Below, one piece after another: positions 51,555-64,000 of a stretch of 64,000 bases of DNA. Origin of the DNA: Chiloscyllium plagiosum (lineage: Eukaryota). The notes beneath the pieces were generated by a model. It ran no database searches. It saw only the letters and a list, made by a program, of their open reading frames with translations, and had not been told where the DNA came from. Where the stretch lies: NCBI RefSeq assembly GCF_004010195.1, contig NC_057728.1, positions 48,327,549 to 48,391,548 of the forward strand, in the 5' to 3' direction. The first letter of the stretch is position 1; every line of letters starts with the position of its first letter. The position numbers and the translations under genes were made by a program.

Positions 51555-53097
51555 CTGTAAAATAAATTATTGTTGATTTTTATTTTACATTTCAAATATA
51601 ATGCTTAAAACCTTACTTTTAAGATTTCAAATATTTCATGTACGTAAGTGGGCCAGGGTATCAACAAAAATTCTGCAACATGACTGTAAGCTTTGCATAG
51701 ATTGTCACAAAATATACAAATTATGTAATTTAGTACTCACACTCTGATTATGCCGTAATTGTTAATCTTTCAAGATGAATATCACCACCCAATCGGCACA
51801 AAGTGCTGGCTGCTGCCAGCAAATACAACCCAACTAAAAAGGACGTATAGCTGTCAATGCAGGAGTATATAATCATGCGATATGTTAAAAATCCTATTGG
51901 TGTACACTTTGTTTAGAAAGACAAGAAAAACTTGCATTTGTATAATGCTTTCCATAGCCATCAACATCTCAGTGTCTAAGACAATGTTATACGTTTGAAC
52001 TGTAATCACTTGTAAATAGATGTCAATTTACAACAAGCTCCCGCAAATACTAATGTGGTATTAACCAGGTAATCTGTTTTTATGATGCCAGAGGGATATA
52101 TTATGGCCACAATGCTAGGTATAGTTGCCTGTTCCTCTTTGAAAATGTCATGGGATCTTTTATATCCAACCAAGCAGGCAGATGTGGCCTTGACTCAACA
52201 TCGCATCCAAAGGAAAAATAAGATTACTTTGTGTTTCACTCTCTCTCTCGCACTTCTTTGATAACATTTCATATTTTTAAATGGCAATGTCTATTCTTCT
52301 TTCACTAAACTCATCAGCTTCTGTACCACTGCCACTCCTTGGCCAAGCTCAAGCAATTAGTTAATCCGCCTAATGGATCCTTCTCTGAGACAGCGTCAAT
52401 CTATATGTGATAATACTTATGTGAAATGCATATATATATATTTCTTATGCTAATGGATTATCAATGGAAGTTATTGGAATTGGTCTATGTGAACTACTTG
52501 TGTTATGGTTACATTATTCCACCAATAGTGGCATTATATAGTGCTTCAGTTTTATCTCCTAGTGCCTCTATGTATACTGCAGAGAAACTCCAGTTTTGTT
52601 TTCTAAATTGCAGCAAGTTGTTTTACTTTACAGAATACTTATTATTAAGTTCATTCATCTTAAAATGTGGGCTGAATTAGATCTACAGGCTCACATTTTA
52701 ACATCAACACAAGGCTAGTTTTGACTCCCTTTGTGAAACACCATGGGACTTGAACTAGATATAAAATAACGTCTGTCAAATTGATTTCAAAGCAGTGATC
52801 TTCTCTTGCTTTAGATTTATACAAACCACAATAGCAAAAATTCAAATCTGAGAAGCAGAGTAACATGGATATTTATGACAATCGTTCAAGACATTATTGA
52901 ACAGTTAATGTGAAGAATCACACCTATTTCAGAAAGTAGTCTGAGGACAAAGTGTCTTTCACAACTCATGCCAGGAGGCCTAGGCCATAGAGGTCAAAAA
53001 TAACATACAGGTTGCACTGTCTGGACAAAATATGCAAGAGCAGGTGAAGTCAAAAAGAATTTGAACTCATATCTAGTTTGATTCGGATTTCTTAATA

Positions 53098-55440
53098 CAG
53101 GTACGTATCCCTTTATCTGAGCATCCAAAAACCAAAAAGTTCCGAAAACCAAAAGGTTTTCATGGAGCATGCAGTGTCAGTAATGTCTGCATAACATAAC
53201 AGGGTTTTCTTGGTAGGCAAAGGCTGCACCCACTCGACCCACATGGCGGTGTGGCCCAGCACTCGGAGGTGACAGTTGTGTATTGTTTTTACTGTGCTAA
53301 ATTGTTTAACTTTCAAGTGAAAATGTCAAAAAGAGTACATGCATGGCTAACAATAATATAAAGAAAAGGAAGCATCTGTCATTATCAATAACGCAAAAAG
53401 TGGAGTTATTACAGAAGCATGATCGTAGTGTAGCTGTGCAGCATCTTACTGAAGAAAATGGTGTCGAAACTACCACTGTCTATGATTTGAAGAAACAGAA
53501 AAACAAGTTACTGAAGTTTCATAGTGATAGTGATAACTATCAACTAATGAAAAATAGGAAAACACTCAGGGCAAAAAATGAAGACCTTAACTATGTGTTG
53601 ATGGAGTGGATTAGACAACAAAGAAATGAACGTATGCCACTGACTGGTTTGATGGTCATGAAACAAACTCGAAAATATCAGAGAACTGAACATTAAAGGT
53701 GAATATCAATATTCAGAAGACTGTCTGCAGAAATTTAAGAAGCGTAATGGTGTGAAATACCTGAAAACCTGTGGCGAAAAGGCATCTGCTGACCATGAAG
53801 CAGCTGAAAATTATGTTGGTGAATTTGCCAAGCTAGTATCTGACAAAAGCCTTAGTCCTGAACAAATTTACAATGCTGATGAAACAGCTCTTTACTGGCC
53901 CTATGTCCCGAGAAATACATTAGCAAAAGCTAATGAGAGAGCACCAACGGGTTTTAAGCAAACTAAAGACAGATTAACTATTCTCGGGTGTGTCATTGCC
54001 AATTTCACCTTGTGTGTGCCTGCAGTAATGATTGGGAAAAGCAAACATCCGAGATGTCTTAAAGGTGTACACAATCTGCCTATGCATTATTATGAAAACA
54101 AGAAAGCATGGGTAACCTGAAAAATTTTTTCTGACTGGTTCAGTAAACACTTCGTACTAGCAGCACGAGCTCATTGCAGACAAGCTGGACTGGAAGAAAA
54201 AAAAGTGTAAAATTTTATTGTTCTTTGACAACTGCTCCGCACATCCCCCTGCCGAACAGCTTGTAAAAAGTAATGTTTTTGGCATTTACTTGGCCCCTAA
54301 TGTGACATCGGTATTACAGCCTTGTGACCAAGGAATTATGTTCCATGAAGAGCAAGTATAAAGACTATTTTTGAAACAGTATGCTTGCTGCAGTCAACAG
54401 AGGGGTAGGAATTAAAGACTTCCTGAAAGAGTCTAGTCTTAAGGATGCCATTTACGCAGTTGCTAATGCTTGGAATGATGTTGATAAAACAACATTAACA
54501 AACTCTGACCTACAATGATGTTTCTTGGAAATATACCTGCAGATGAAGAGTTTGAAGGATTTCTTTTCACTGAAGAAAAAAAATGATAGCAAGCCTTGTT
54601 ACTTACGCACAAAATTTATCGGACGAAAGTATAAATAAATTACATGAAGCTGACATCGAAGAAATACTGAACATTGACAATGATGTGCCTATCGTGCATT
54701 TCTTAAGCAATGGGAACATTGCTGAAATGGTTTTAAATATGGGCTCCTGTACAGATAAATGTGAGGATAGTAGTGATGATGACGATAAGTTAGTGAACAC
54801 AATTGAAAAAGTCCCCATTGACGATATGGTGAAAATGTGTGATCAGTTAATTGCTGACCTTGAACAACGTTCATTTATCAGTGAGCAAGAGATTATGGCA
54901 ATTTACTCAATTAAAGAGAAATTGCTTAGACAGAAACCTATGTTAATGAGACAGATGACACTTGAAGAAGCCTTTAAAACCGCCGCCTGCCAATCGTGCT
55001 GAAGCTGTGTATGTTTAAGTTTTACCAAATGTTTTTATTGGAATGTTTTTTATGGAAATAAAATGTTGTTGAATATTTACAGTCAATGTATTTCATGAAT
55101 TTGTATATATTACTCTATAAATAAACTTTGTATGGTTCAGTTTTCCCGAATGTTTTTCTTCTAATTTGTTTATGGAAATAAAACATTGTTGAATATTTAT
55201 GGTCAATGTATTTTATTTATCAGTACACTACAAATAAAGTGTGGTAGTATTTCTAGTCTTTATTTATCCTGCTTAGTGTGAATATTCATACGTTTTTGCT
55301 GCAGTACAGTATTTATGTTTGATTATGGGTTGCTGCCCTGCACCCTACAGGGGGCGCTACATTAGTTCCAGAAACCGCAAAATTCCGATTTCTGCAAAGC
55401 AGCTGGTCCCTGGCATTTCGGATAAAGGGATACATACCTG
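53098..55440 (+). mobile_element. Full-length degenerate pogo/Tigger DNA transposon (Tigger4-like), 2343 bp, in a CNOT2 intron
   Basis: TIRs CAGGTA(C/T)GTATCCCTTTATC at both ends, TA TSD; broken transposase with CENP-B-type HTH (KKRKHLSLSITQKVELL), YNADET, DNCSAHP and LQPCDQGI motifs. Confidence 0.93.
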
Positions 55441-57881
55441 TACCGGGAATACAAAATTAATTAAGAGCTACAGACAAGTCAGATTTTGGGCACAAAATTA
55501 AATTCCAAATTATTGACATATTTACTTAAGGTGATAACACTAAAGGTGAATTTTGTCCTAAAATGTAGCACTCAGATTTATCAGCTGAATAGAAGGAATA
55601 AAGTGATTTAACTTGGAGTTATAGACTATAGCAGTATATAAAGCAGTCCTTGTTACCCCAGGATGTCCTAAGGCAATTTGAGACATTGAACTATAATCAC
55701 CAATGAAATGTAGGCGAACAGGAAAGTTAACTTTTCAAACATCAATAATGTAAACGAACCACTGTGCTTTTGGCAGTGCTAGCTACTGGTCAGATTCCAG
55801 AAGAACTATCTTGCTGTCATCAAATCATTTCATATTAGTGACAAAGAAGTTAATGAGTATCTTGCAACAAAGTGAAGTTAAAGGAGCAGAGATGAGTGTT
55901 TGAAGAGTTTATGTTGGAACAATGGTGAATTTAGGATGATTTGGAAGTCGTAAGAAATTGGGAAGAGTGAATATGAACTAATGGTGCCTGCTGTGGTCCA
56001 GCCAGTTGTACAATTTGTGGTCAAGACTATGTCTCATGTTTGCCTGGATGTGGCCCCCATCTCTATTTGTTTGAGGTCAAGGACAAAGTAGATTAAATGT
56101 CAAGCAAGTAGCCAGGTTGCAGAAACATTGTGGCAGATGGAGAATGAAAGACTAGGCAGTTGGGTGTTCATGCACTCCAGGTAGACTGTTGAGGGGGGAA
56201 AAAAAAGGAAAAGAATTATGGGGAAAATTCAATTGGTACAGGAAAAAATAACTGATTAAATAAAGATTCCAAAGTGTTAGAAGTGAGACTCTGGTTTGAG
56301 AAATCCAGTCAGAGAGAGGCAATATATGTCACAACAGCTCAAAGTCCAGATGGAATGACAGATGTGCAAAGCTGGACCTACCAGATAATACAGATCCAGC
56401 ACTTGTGGACAGAATTTCATTATACTGGTATCTGAAGTAAATGCAAGTAATCAGAGGAAAACAAAACTGCCAACTCTAAGTTGACAAAAAAAATCAGGCA
56501 AACAAGCTGTGAACTAGTATATACTGACTAGACTTATACATAGTTGTTGTTTGATGCTTTTAATCTGTCAGCTAATCAAGAAATTTCAACATAAATTAAC
56601 CTTATGAACTTCGAGTCAATCTTGTATGTTAAGCATAAGGTTATTTTGTACGAGGTATGGCCCATCATGACTTATTTAAAACTTTATACCAATAGGGTAA
56701 TAAAGTCTGTTAATTACACATTCTCAAATTACATTGTGTACTCTTCAATGTTTATCCTTTACACTTAATTTTAAGGTGTACTAATGAAACAGAAAAATTG
56801 TTAAATGTTTTTGTTTCCTTAAGTGAATTTGACAGCAAGGCTCAATTTGCAAATGTTAATAGATGGAAAATGCACAACTGATTCTTAAACATTGTACTAC
56901 ATCTATTGTAAAGTTAATCTACTCCATTTATAAATCAGTACAATAATTCTCAGCACCACTTCTGACATCATATTCCTGTATTCAAGAAAAGTAAACATTC
57001 AGAACAATGTTGCCAGCAAAAGAAAAAAAGATTCTTGAATTCAACAGAATTTTTTCCAAATAAGTCACTACAGAGCATGGTCAGGGTTAAAATGATTGAG
57101 CATGACTATTTCAAATGCTAGAATAATATTTCACAACACAGGAATGTGTTTCTTCCTTATAGAATAATCAGCATGTGTCACTTTTAAATTTCACATTAGA
57201 CAACAAAATCTTCAATTACTAGTTTCACATCAGACGTGTGACAGACTTCTCATCTCTTACCTGGAAGACTGCAGCCACAACAATCGTGAAAATCTTGATC
57301 AACTACTCTGTCATTCAGCATCAACCCTTTGCTCACTACTTGAGGAACACCCTGTGAAACCACTGCCTTAAATACTCTTCTCTGTCCCCTCTATGTTGTT
57401 GTTACAGTACATTCAATACATAGTAGGTACTGCATCAATTTTCTAAGAACATTTAACAGTATCCACAAGCTTCATGACTTCTAGAAAGGAGGAGAGCAGC
57501 ACTGTCATATGAACAGGACCATTTCAAATTCCCATTTTGCCATTCTGCTTTGGAAAAATATTATCATTCCTTCACTGGATCAATACCTTGAAATTACTTG
57601 CCTATTATCACTAATGCGCCACCACAAGGGGAACTGCAGCAGTAGATGGACAATGAAAGCTGCTAGTGCCACTCTCATTCTGGGCAGAAACAGAATGAAA
57701 CAGCCTCTACAAATTCACAGTTGTACCTTTTAATACAGAGTTTATATCGAAATCTGTTTCATGTATGTTGGGTTTCCTAGGATAACATGCTATGTAAGTC
57801 ATTTTTAACAAATGAAATGGCAAGGTGGCTCAGTGTTAGGCTGAGACACTTCACAGCCAAACATAATACAATTTTTTTTAT

Positions 57882-58191
57882 ATTAGATTCCATACAGTGT
57901 GGAAACAGGCCCGTCGGCCCAACTAGTCCACACCGACCCTCCAAAGAGTAACCCACCCATACCCATTTCCCTCTGACTAATGCACCTAACACTATGGGCA
58001 ATTGAGCATGGCCAATTCATCTAACCTGCACATCTCTGGATTGTGGGAGGAAACCGGAGTACCCGGAGGAAACCCATGCAGACACGGGGAGAATGCAAAC
58101 TCCACACAGACAGTTGCCCGAGGCTGGAATCGAACCTAGGACCCTGGTTCTGTGAGGCAACACTGCTAACCACTGAGACACAGTGCCGCCC
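57882..58191 (-). mobile_element. HE1-type SINE
   Basis: Reverse complement of the 3008-3318 family. Confidence 0.85.
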
Positions 58192-58575
58192 AATTCCCTC
58201 ACAATTCGCCCACATATTGGGCTGAATAACTGCTTGTGTTTTCCTATTCCTAGCCCTATCATTGACATCCATCCTAGTTTTTCTTTTAATCTCATCTGTG
58301 ATTAGCCGATGCAGCCCATATTGGCGAATGAATAAAGGGTGTGCTTGCATTACTCAACTGCACAATGGATGTCCATTTACCAATCCAGCCACTGGGAACA
58401 TGTGACACTATCATATATTTCTCAAGAGTTTTCAACAAAGAATGGGCTCAAAATAATTAATCGACACACAAATATTGTGATTTTAGCAGTTTCAGTAGCC
58501 CAAGTTTTTGACACAGAATATATGACATTATCTACATCATTTAAAGTTACTTTTTCCAGTATTTAATATGCTCAC

Positions 58576-58625
58576 CTTGTCCCTAATGTGTATGTTTGTT
58601 AGATACTCTGAGGGAACATGAAAAT
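58576..58625 (-). CDS. CNOT2: CNOT2 coding exon (50 nt)
   Basis: ccacag|(D)FHVPSEYLTNIHIRDK|gtgagc. Confidence 0.95.
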
Positions 58626-58738
58626 CTGTGGAAGAAGATGAGTGTTGATCAGTTATTTTAAGTTGTATAAATTTTTAAAGGAATGAACAGAATAAAGATC
58701 CACTATATTGACAGTAAGGATAAAATTGCCATTCTCAC

Positions 58739-58800
58739 CAATATCTTGAGGTCGGCAGGGTGCTGATGCCCAAGGAGATGCAAATTTGGGGTAGAGATTT
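58739..58800 (-). CDS. CNOT2: CNOT2 coding exon (62 nt)
   Basis: tttacag|(E)NLYPKFASPWASAPCRPQDI+G|gtgaga. Confidence 0.95.
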
Positions 58801-59719
58801 CTGTAAAATACTGATAATTAATCATACAGATTCTTGATCTAACAAAACAGTCGATTGCTGAATTACTGAACATGACCTGATAAGCCCTTATTGAGAAGTT
58901 ACTCGAGTTGTACAGTCAAACATTTTTGAACAAAAAGGAGCACTACTCTCACATCTGCTAAACTGGAAAGAAAGAACCCAATGCTGAAGCAATTCCCTAC
59001 AGTATCCACAGACAGATCTGTATTAATATTTTACATGATTTCCCACAGCAGCACATTCACATGTGACACAAGAAAGCGTCCAAACCAGAACCAGGTCAAT
59101 GCTTTTAGCATAGAAAACCATTTGTCATAAAATTACAGAACACATTACAATGAAAAATAACAAATTATGGTTAAACAAGATGAAATCCTTTGGACCATCA
59201 ATCTTGCAAAACAGCAAAAATAAATAAACTACATAAACCTCCAATCAAAAAGAACTCAAAGCTTCAAATGCAGTAAATAGCAAAATCTATATCTCAAACA
59301 CCTAATCAACTATATTCCTAAAGTTTATGCAATTTTCCAAAAAATAAGGAGTATCCAAGATGATACGAGGTCATGGTTCAGTGCAATTGTTCAGAAGACA
59401 TATCCAACAGCAAGTATGATATTTCAGCAATTTAAAAGCTGTATATAAAGCTTTAAGATTTGAACCTGATAACATGTTTCAGGATGCTGGTGACTATCTC
59501 TATCAATTTAGTGATCTTGTTAGAATTTCTTTATCCATTGGACACCTACATACAATGTAACTTGTGGCAGGTAAGAACTAAGGACATGGTTGGCAATTAT
59601 CAGATCATGTGCTTTATTCTCTGGAAGTGAGCAAAGCTCACATTTGCTGCAGATCCATAAAAACATTTGAGAAGGGGCAAATTTTAGTAAGTTTGTCAAA
59701 TGACAGGAAAAATACAGCA

Positions 59720-61130
59720 ATATGGTTTAAAGTCCAGAATGGTCTTTACTCTGGAGGAGAACTTGCAGATGCTAGTGTTTCATGTAAGCCCTTGGAGTTC
59801 TGGGTGGTTAATATCGCTGGTTTCTAAGGTTTGGCGAATTGCTGCACTGCATCTTATATATGTTCTCACTGCTGCCACTCTGAGCTGATTGTGAAGGGAA
59901 TGTAATGGATGGGGCTGCCAATTAAGGCAGTTGCTATTCCATCACCCTCCTCCTTATGCCTTGCAGACTGTGGACAGACTTGACAGTCAGAAGGTGAATT
60001 ATTCACTATCAGCTTCAGACCTGCTACTGTAAAGACATGAATTGTATTGCTAGCCCAGTTAAAGTCTGGTATCAACAATGTTGATGATGGAGATTCAGCA
60101 ATGGTAATGCTTTTAACCACCTCCTCTTGACATTCAGATTCTCTCTTGTTAGAAATGGTCATTAACTGTATGGTCAGAATGTTTCTTGCCACTGGACACC
60201 CTGAGCCTAAATGTTATTCAGGTCTGACTGCACACAGGTTTGGGCTGCTTCAGTATCTGAGCAATTGCATATGCTACTGTACACTGCAAACATCTTCAAT
60301 TCTTATTTTACAATGTAGAGAAAGTCCTTCAAAATGCTGACAGTTCTGTTAGTAGTGTTACTTAAGCCACTCCCAGTCTTGGTGATGAACATTGAAGTCT
60401 CCCAACAAGAATGCATTCCATGCCTTTGGTAACACCAGAGTGTTTCCAAGTGGTGTTCAACACTCGGGAAGCTGATTAGGAGCAAATGGTAACTCATGTT
60501 TGACCGAATGCATAGATGCTTTTTTTTAAGATCAGATTCCCCTTCAGTGTGGAAACAGGCCCTTCGGCCCAACAAGTCCACACCAAACCTCCGAGTAACA
60601 CACCCAGACCCATTTCTCTCTTACTAATGCACCTAACACTATGCGCAATTTAGTATGGCCAATTCGACTGACCTGCACATCTTTGGACTGTGGGAGGAAA
60701 CCCACGCAGACACAGGGAGAATGTGCAAACTCCACACACAATCGCCAGAGGCTGGAATCGAACGTGAGTCCCTGGCACTGTGAAGTAGCAGTGCTAACCA
60801 CTGAGCCACTGTGCCACTTCATGTGATAAAGACATGTTGAGGATCCCAAGGCCAATTGTATACATGTCACCATCTCTGCTTGATCTGTACTGTCGCTAGG
60901 GACAAGACTGACCCAGCTACCAGGGTAGAGAAGTCTGAAACATGCGCTATGCTTCATGAGTATGGCTACGCCAGGATGCCCTGACTAAAATTCTCCCAAG
61001 TTTGTACAAAGTTCACAGACATTAGTCGGGAGGACTCTGCAAAGTCAACTGGGCGAGATGCGTCTTTGTAACTTCTGGCACCTATGTGAATGCTGGGTGG
61101 TCAGTTCAATTCTAATATTTTATTTTTCTG
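59720..61130 (-). mobile_element. Degraded L2/CR1-group LINE (endonuclease region and 3' piece) interrupted by a SINE
   Basis: Decayed APE-like text (VEHHLE..., GDFNVHHQ-like) in 60300-60450. Confidence 0.5.
60532..60817 (-). mobile_element. HE1-type SINE
   Basis: Reverse-complement A/B boxes and tail. Confidence 0.85.
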
Positions 61131-61560
61131 TAGCAATTTGATACAACTAAGTGGCCTAAGTCATTTTCAAGGGAAGATGGAAGATACTGTAGATCTACAG
61201 ATCCATACAGACCAGGGAAGGAAGGCAGATTCCCTTCCATAAAAAGGCATTAGTGAATCAGGTAGTTTTGCTTAATATCCTATAGCTTCATGGTCACTAT
61301 TACTGACACTAGCTCTTTATTCCAGATAGTTTTGGATTCTTCTATTCTCCAACATTTTTTATTAGCATCAATTTATTGGTTTACATTCAATGTAAATTAT
61401 TATATAAAACATTCAACTGAAAAACTGCAAACTCACCTGGCAGTTTGTTTTTAATTAAACATGTAAACAAATGATTTATGGAAAAATTACATACTGTCCT
61501 TTTTCCAAAGTATGCAATGATCTTAGCATAAGAATGGCAGAAGGTGGTAATGCTGCTTAC

Positions 61561-61717
61561 TCTGGAGAGTTTAGGTTGAGGCCTAGTGTTGTTAAATCAC
61601 TGCCTAATGCGAGATGTACCATGCCGGGATCAGTCTCTGCCGCTCGAATGAACGTTAAAAGTCCGATCATTCCAAACTGATCTGTTACCATTCCCGTAGG
61701 AATATTAGTGACTCGGC
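61561..61717 (-). CDS. CNOT2: CNOT2 coding exon (157 nt)
   Basis: tttag|(G)RVTNIPTGMVTDQFGMIGLLTFIRAAETDPGMVHLALGSDLTTLGLNLNSP+GA|gtaagc. Confidence 0.96.
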
Positions 61718-61833
61718 CTAAATAATAAGAAAAACAACGTTAAGAAATGATCTTCCAATTGTATAGACTTCCAGAATTTGGAAATATTGTTGAATAAGAA
61801 GTTATAATTTTGATGCCGTATAGAAGCACCCAC

Positions 61834-61954
61834 CATCAGATAATACTTGGATCCCTTTTTTCTGCAGATTGTTGTTTTGCGTCGTTGAACTCTTATCGCC
61901 AGGAAATTTGGGCCCGTCTGTACTAGATACATTTTTTCCTGGTGTATTCAGATT
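61834..61954 (-). CDS. CNOT2: CNOT2 internal coding exon (121 nt); upstream exons lie beyond the window
   Basis: ttacag|NLNTPGKNVSSTDGPKFPGDKSSTTQNNNLQKKGIQVLSD+G|gtgggt. Confidence 0.93.
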
Positions 61955-62149
61955 CTGTAATTGAAATTTTTGAAAAAAAGGTTAATAAACAGCACAAAGG
62001 AAAATCTGCGATTTTGGAATATTCACATATAAGTTATAGTATTCCATAAGTGCTGTTAGATAAGAAGCTCTCGGATTCTAATCCAGTGACTGTGAAGTAA
62101 CAGCATCAGATGCCAAAATTGGGATATTGCGAGGCTTGACAAGACTGTG

Positions 62150-63775
62150 TTCAAGAACAAAAAACAAAGAAATTACAGCACAGCCACAGGCTCTTCAGCC
62201 CTCCAAGTCTGCGCCAATCCAGATCCACTATCTAAACCTGTCACGTATTTGTGAAAGATCTGTATCCCTCTGCTCTCTGCCTATGCATGTATCTGTCTAG
62301 ATACATCTTAAATGACGCTATCGTGCCCGCCCCTACCACCTCCACTGGCAACATGTTCCAGGCATTCACCACCATCTACGTAAAGAGCTTTCCATGTACA
62401 TCTCCATTAAACTTTTTCCCTCTCACCTTGAACTCGCGACCTCTAGTAACTGAGTCCCCCACTCTGGGGAAAAAGCTTCTTGCTATCCATCCTGTCTGCA
62501 CCTCTCATGATTTTATAGACCTCAATCAGGTCCCCCCAAACCTCAGTCTTTCTAATGAAAATAATTCTAATCCACTCAACCTCTCTTCACAGCTAGCACC
62601 TTCCATACCAGACAACATCCTGGTAAAGGTCCTCTGCACCCTCTCCAAAGCATCCACATCCTTTTAGTAATGTCGCGACCAGATCTGTATGCAGTATTCC
62701 AAACGTGGCCAAACCAATGCCCTATACAACTGTAACATGACCTGCCAACTGTTGTACTCAATACCCCGTCCGATAAAGAAAAGCATGCCGTATGCCTTCT
62801 TGACCACTCTACCAACTGTGCAGCCAACCTCAGGGTATATTGGACCTGAACACCCTGATCTCTCTGTATATTAATTTTCCCCAGGGCTTTTCTATTTAGC
62901 ATATAGTTCACTCTTGAATTGGATCTTCTAAAATGCATCACCTCGCACTTGTCCGAATTGAACTCCACCTCCCATTTCTCTGCCCAACTCTCCAATCTAC
63001 CTATATTTTGCAGCATTCTCTGAAAATCCCCTTCACTATCTGCTACTCCATCAATCTTAGTGTCATCTGCATACTTGCTAATCAGACCACCTATACCTTC
63101 CTTCAGATCATTTAGGCAGATCACAAAAACATTGGTCCCAACATGGATCCCTGTGGAACACCACTGGCCACAGTTGTCCATTTTGAGCAACTCCCTTCCA
63201 CTACTACTCTGTCTCTCCTGCTGCCCAACCAATTCTTTATCCATATAGCTAGTACACCCTGGACCCATGCGACTTCACTTTCTCCATCAACCTACCTTAT
63301 CGAACAGCTTACTGAAGTCCATGTAGATGACATCTATAGTCCTTCCCTCATCAATCAACTTTGTCACTTCCTCAAAAGAATTCTATTAAGTTGGTAAGAC
63401 ATGACGTTTCCTGCACAAAACCATGTTCCCTATCACTGATAAGCCCATTTTCTTCCAAATGTAAATAGATCCTATTCCTCAGTATCTTCTCTAGCAGCTT
63501 CCCTACCACTGACATCAGGCTCACCAGTCTGTAATTACCTGGATTATCCCTGCTACCCTTCTTAACAAGGGGACAACATTAGTAATTCTATAGTCTTCCG
63601 GGACCTCACCCGTGTTCAAGGATGCTGCAAAGATATCTGTTAAGGCCCCTGCTATTTCCCCTCTCGCTTCCCTCAGTAACCTGAGATAGATCCCATCTGG
63701 ACGTGGGACTTGTCCACCTTAATCCAACCAACACTTCCTCCTTCCTTATGCCAACTTGACCTAGAGTAATGCATA
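62150..63775 (-). mobile_element. CR1 LINE RT region to 3' end (about 1.6 kb, frameshifted)
   Basis: ORF 62576-63268 ISKYADDTKI...WAEKWEVEFNSDKCEVMHF; upstream PGNYRLVSLMSVVGKLLE motif. Confidence 0.92.
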
Positions 63776-64000
63776 ATACCTTTGTCCTTTAACATGGTAG
63801 AAAACACAAGTTTTAGAGGTGTATTGACGAAATTTGAGGAGTTGCTGCAGTATGTCTTGCATACTGCAGACACTAAAGCTACAACGTGCCAGGGCATAAG
63901 GATGCGAGCAGCAGCGAAGGTAAGACCGTTTGGTTTTAAAAGTGCTTACCGGTAGCGGGCAGCGGTGTTTTTTTTTCTTTCACTCTCTCTTCACAGAAAG

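Noticed and set aside
53343..55002. Possible domesticated TIGD/JRK-like gene
   Set aside because: Multiple frameshifts and stops with intact TIRs and TSD indicate a dead transposon copy.
56598..56643. 10-bp inverted repeat taaccttatg/cataaggtta
   Set aside because: Short AT-rich stem with an unpaired interior; not a credible pre-miRNA.
63900..64000. CpG-containing stretch at the window end
   Set aside because: Possibly the 5' end of another LINE, but truncated by the window and unverifiable.

Overview
This is vertebrate genomic DNA, most likely from a shark (inferred from HE1-type SINEs and the CR1/Penelope repeat set). It holds two minus-strand spliced genes in the order known from human 12q15. 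The first is the 3' seven coding exons of CNOT2 (61954 to 45615) plus its 3' UTR. The second is a complete three-exon KCNMB4 (BK channel beta-4; 36779 to 22111; 336+128+169 = 633 nt, 210 aa), with GT-AG junctions and phases checked by hand. The rest is largely transposon-derived: CR1/L2 LINE fragments, tRNA-derived SINEs, Penelope-like elements with minimal hammerhead ribozyme motifs, solo LTRs, a decayed Gypsy element with integrase upstream of RT (Gmr1-type order), a Harbinger Myb/SANT remnant, a pogo MITE and a full-length degenerate Tigger4-like transposon with a 29-bp micro-inversion. Most ORFs in the supplied track are spurious or TE fragments. I found no convincing new multi-gene system; the notable items are mobile-element architecture, ribozyme motifs and candidate regulatory features. 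Family assignments rest on recalled motifs, not database searches.
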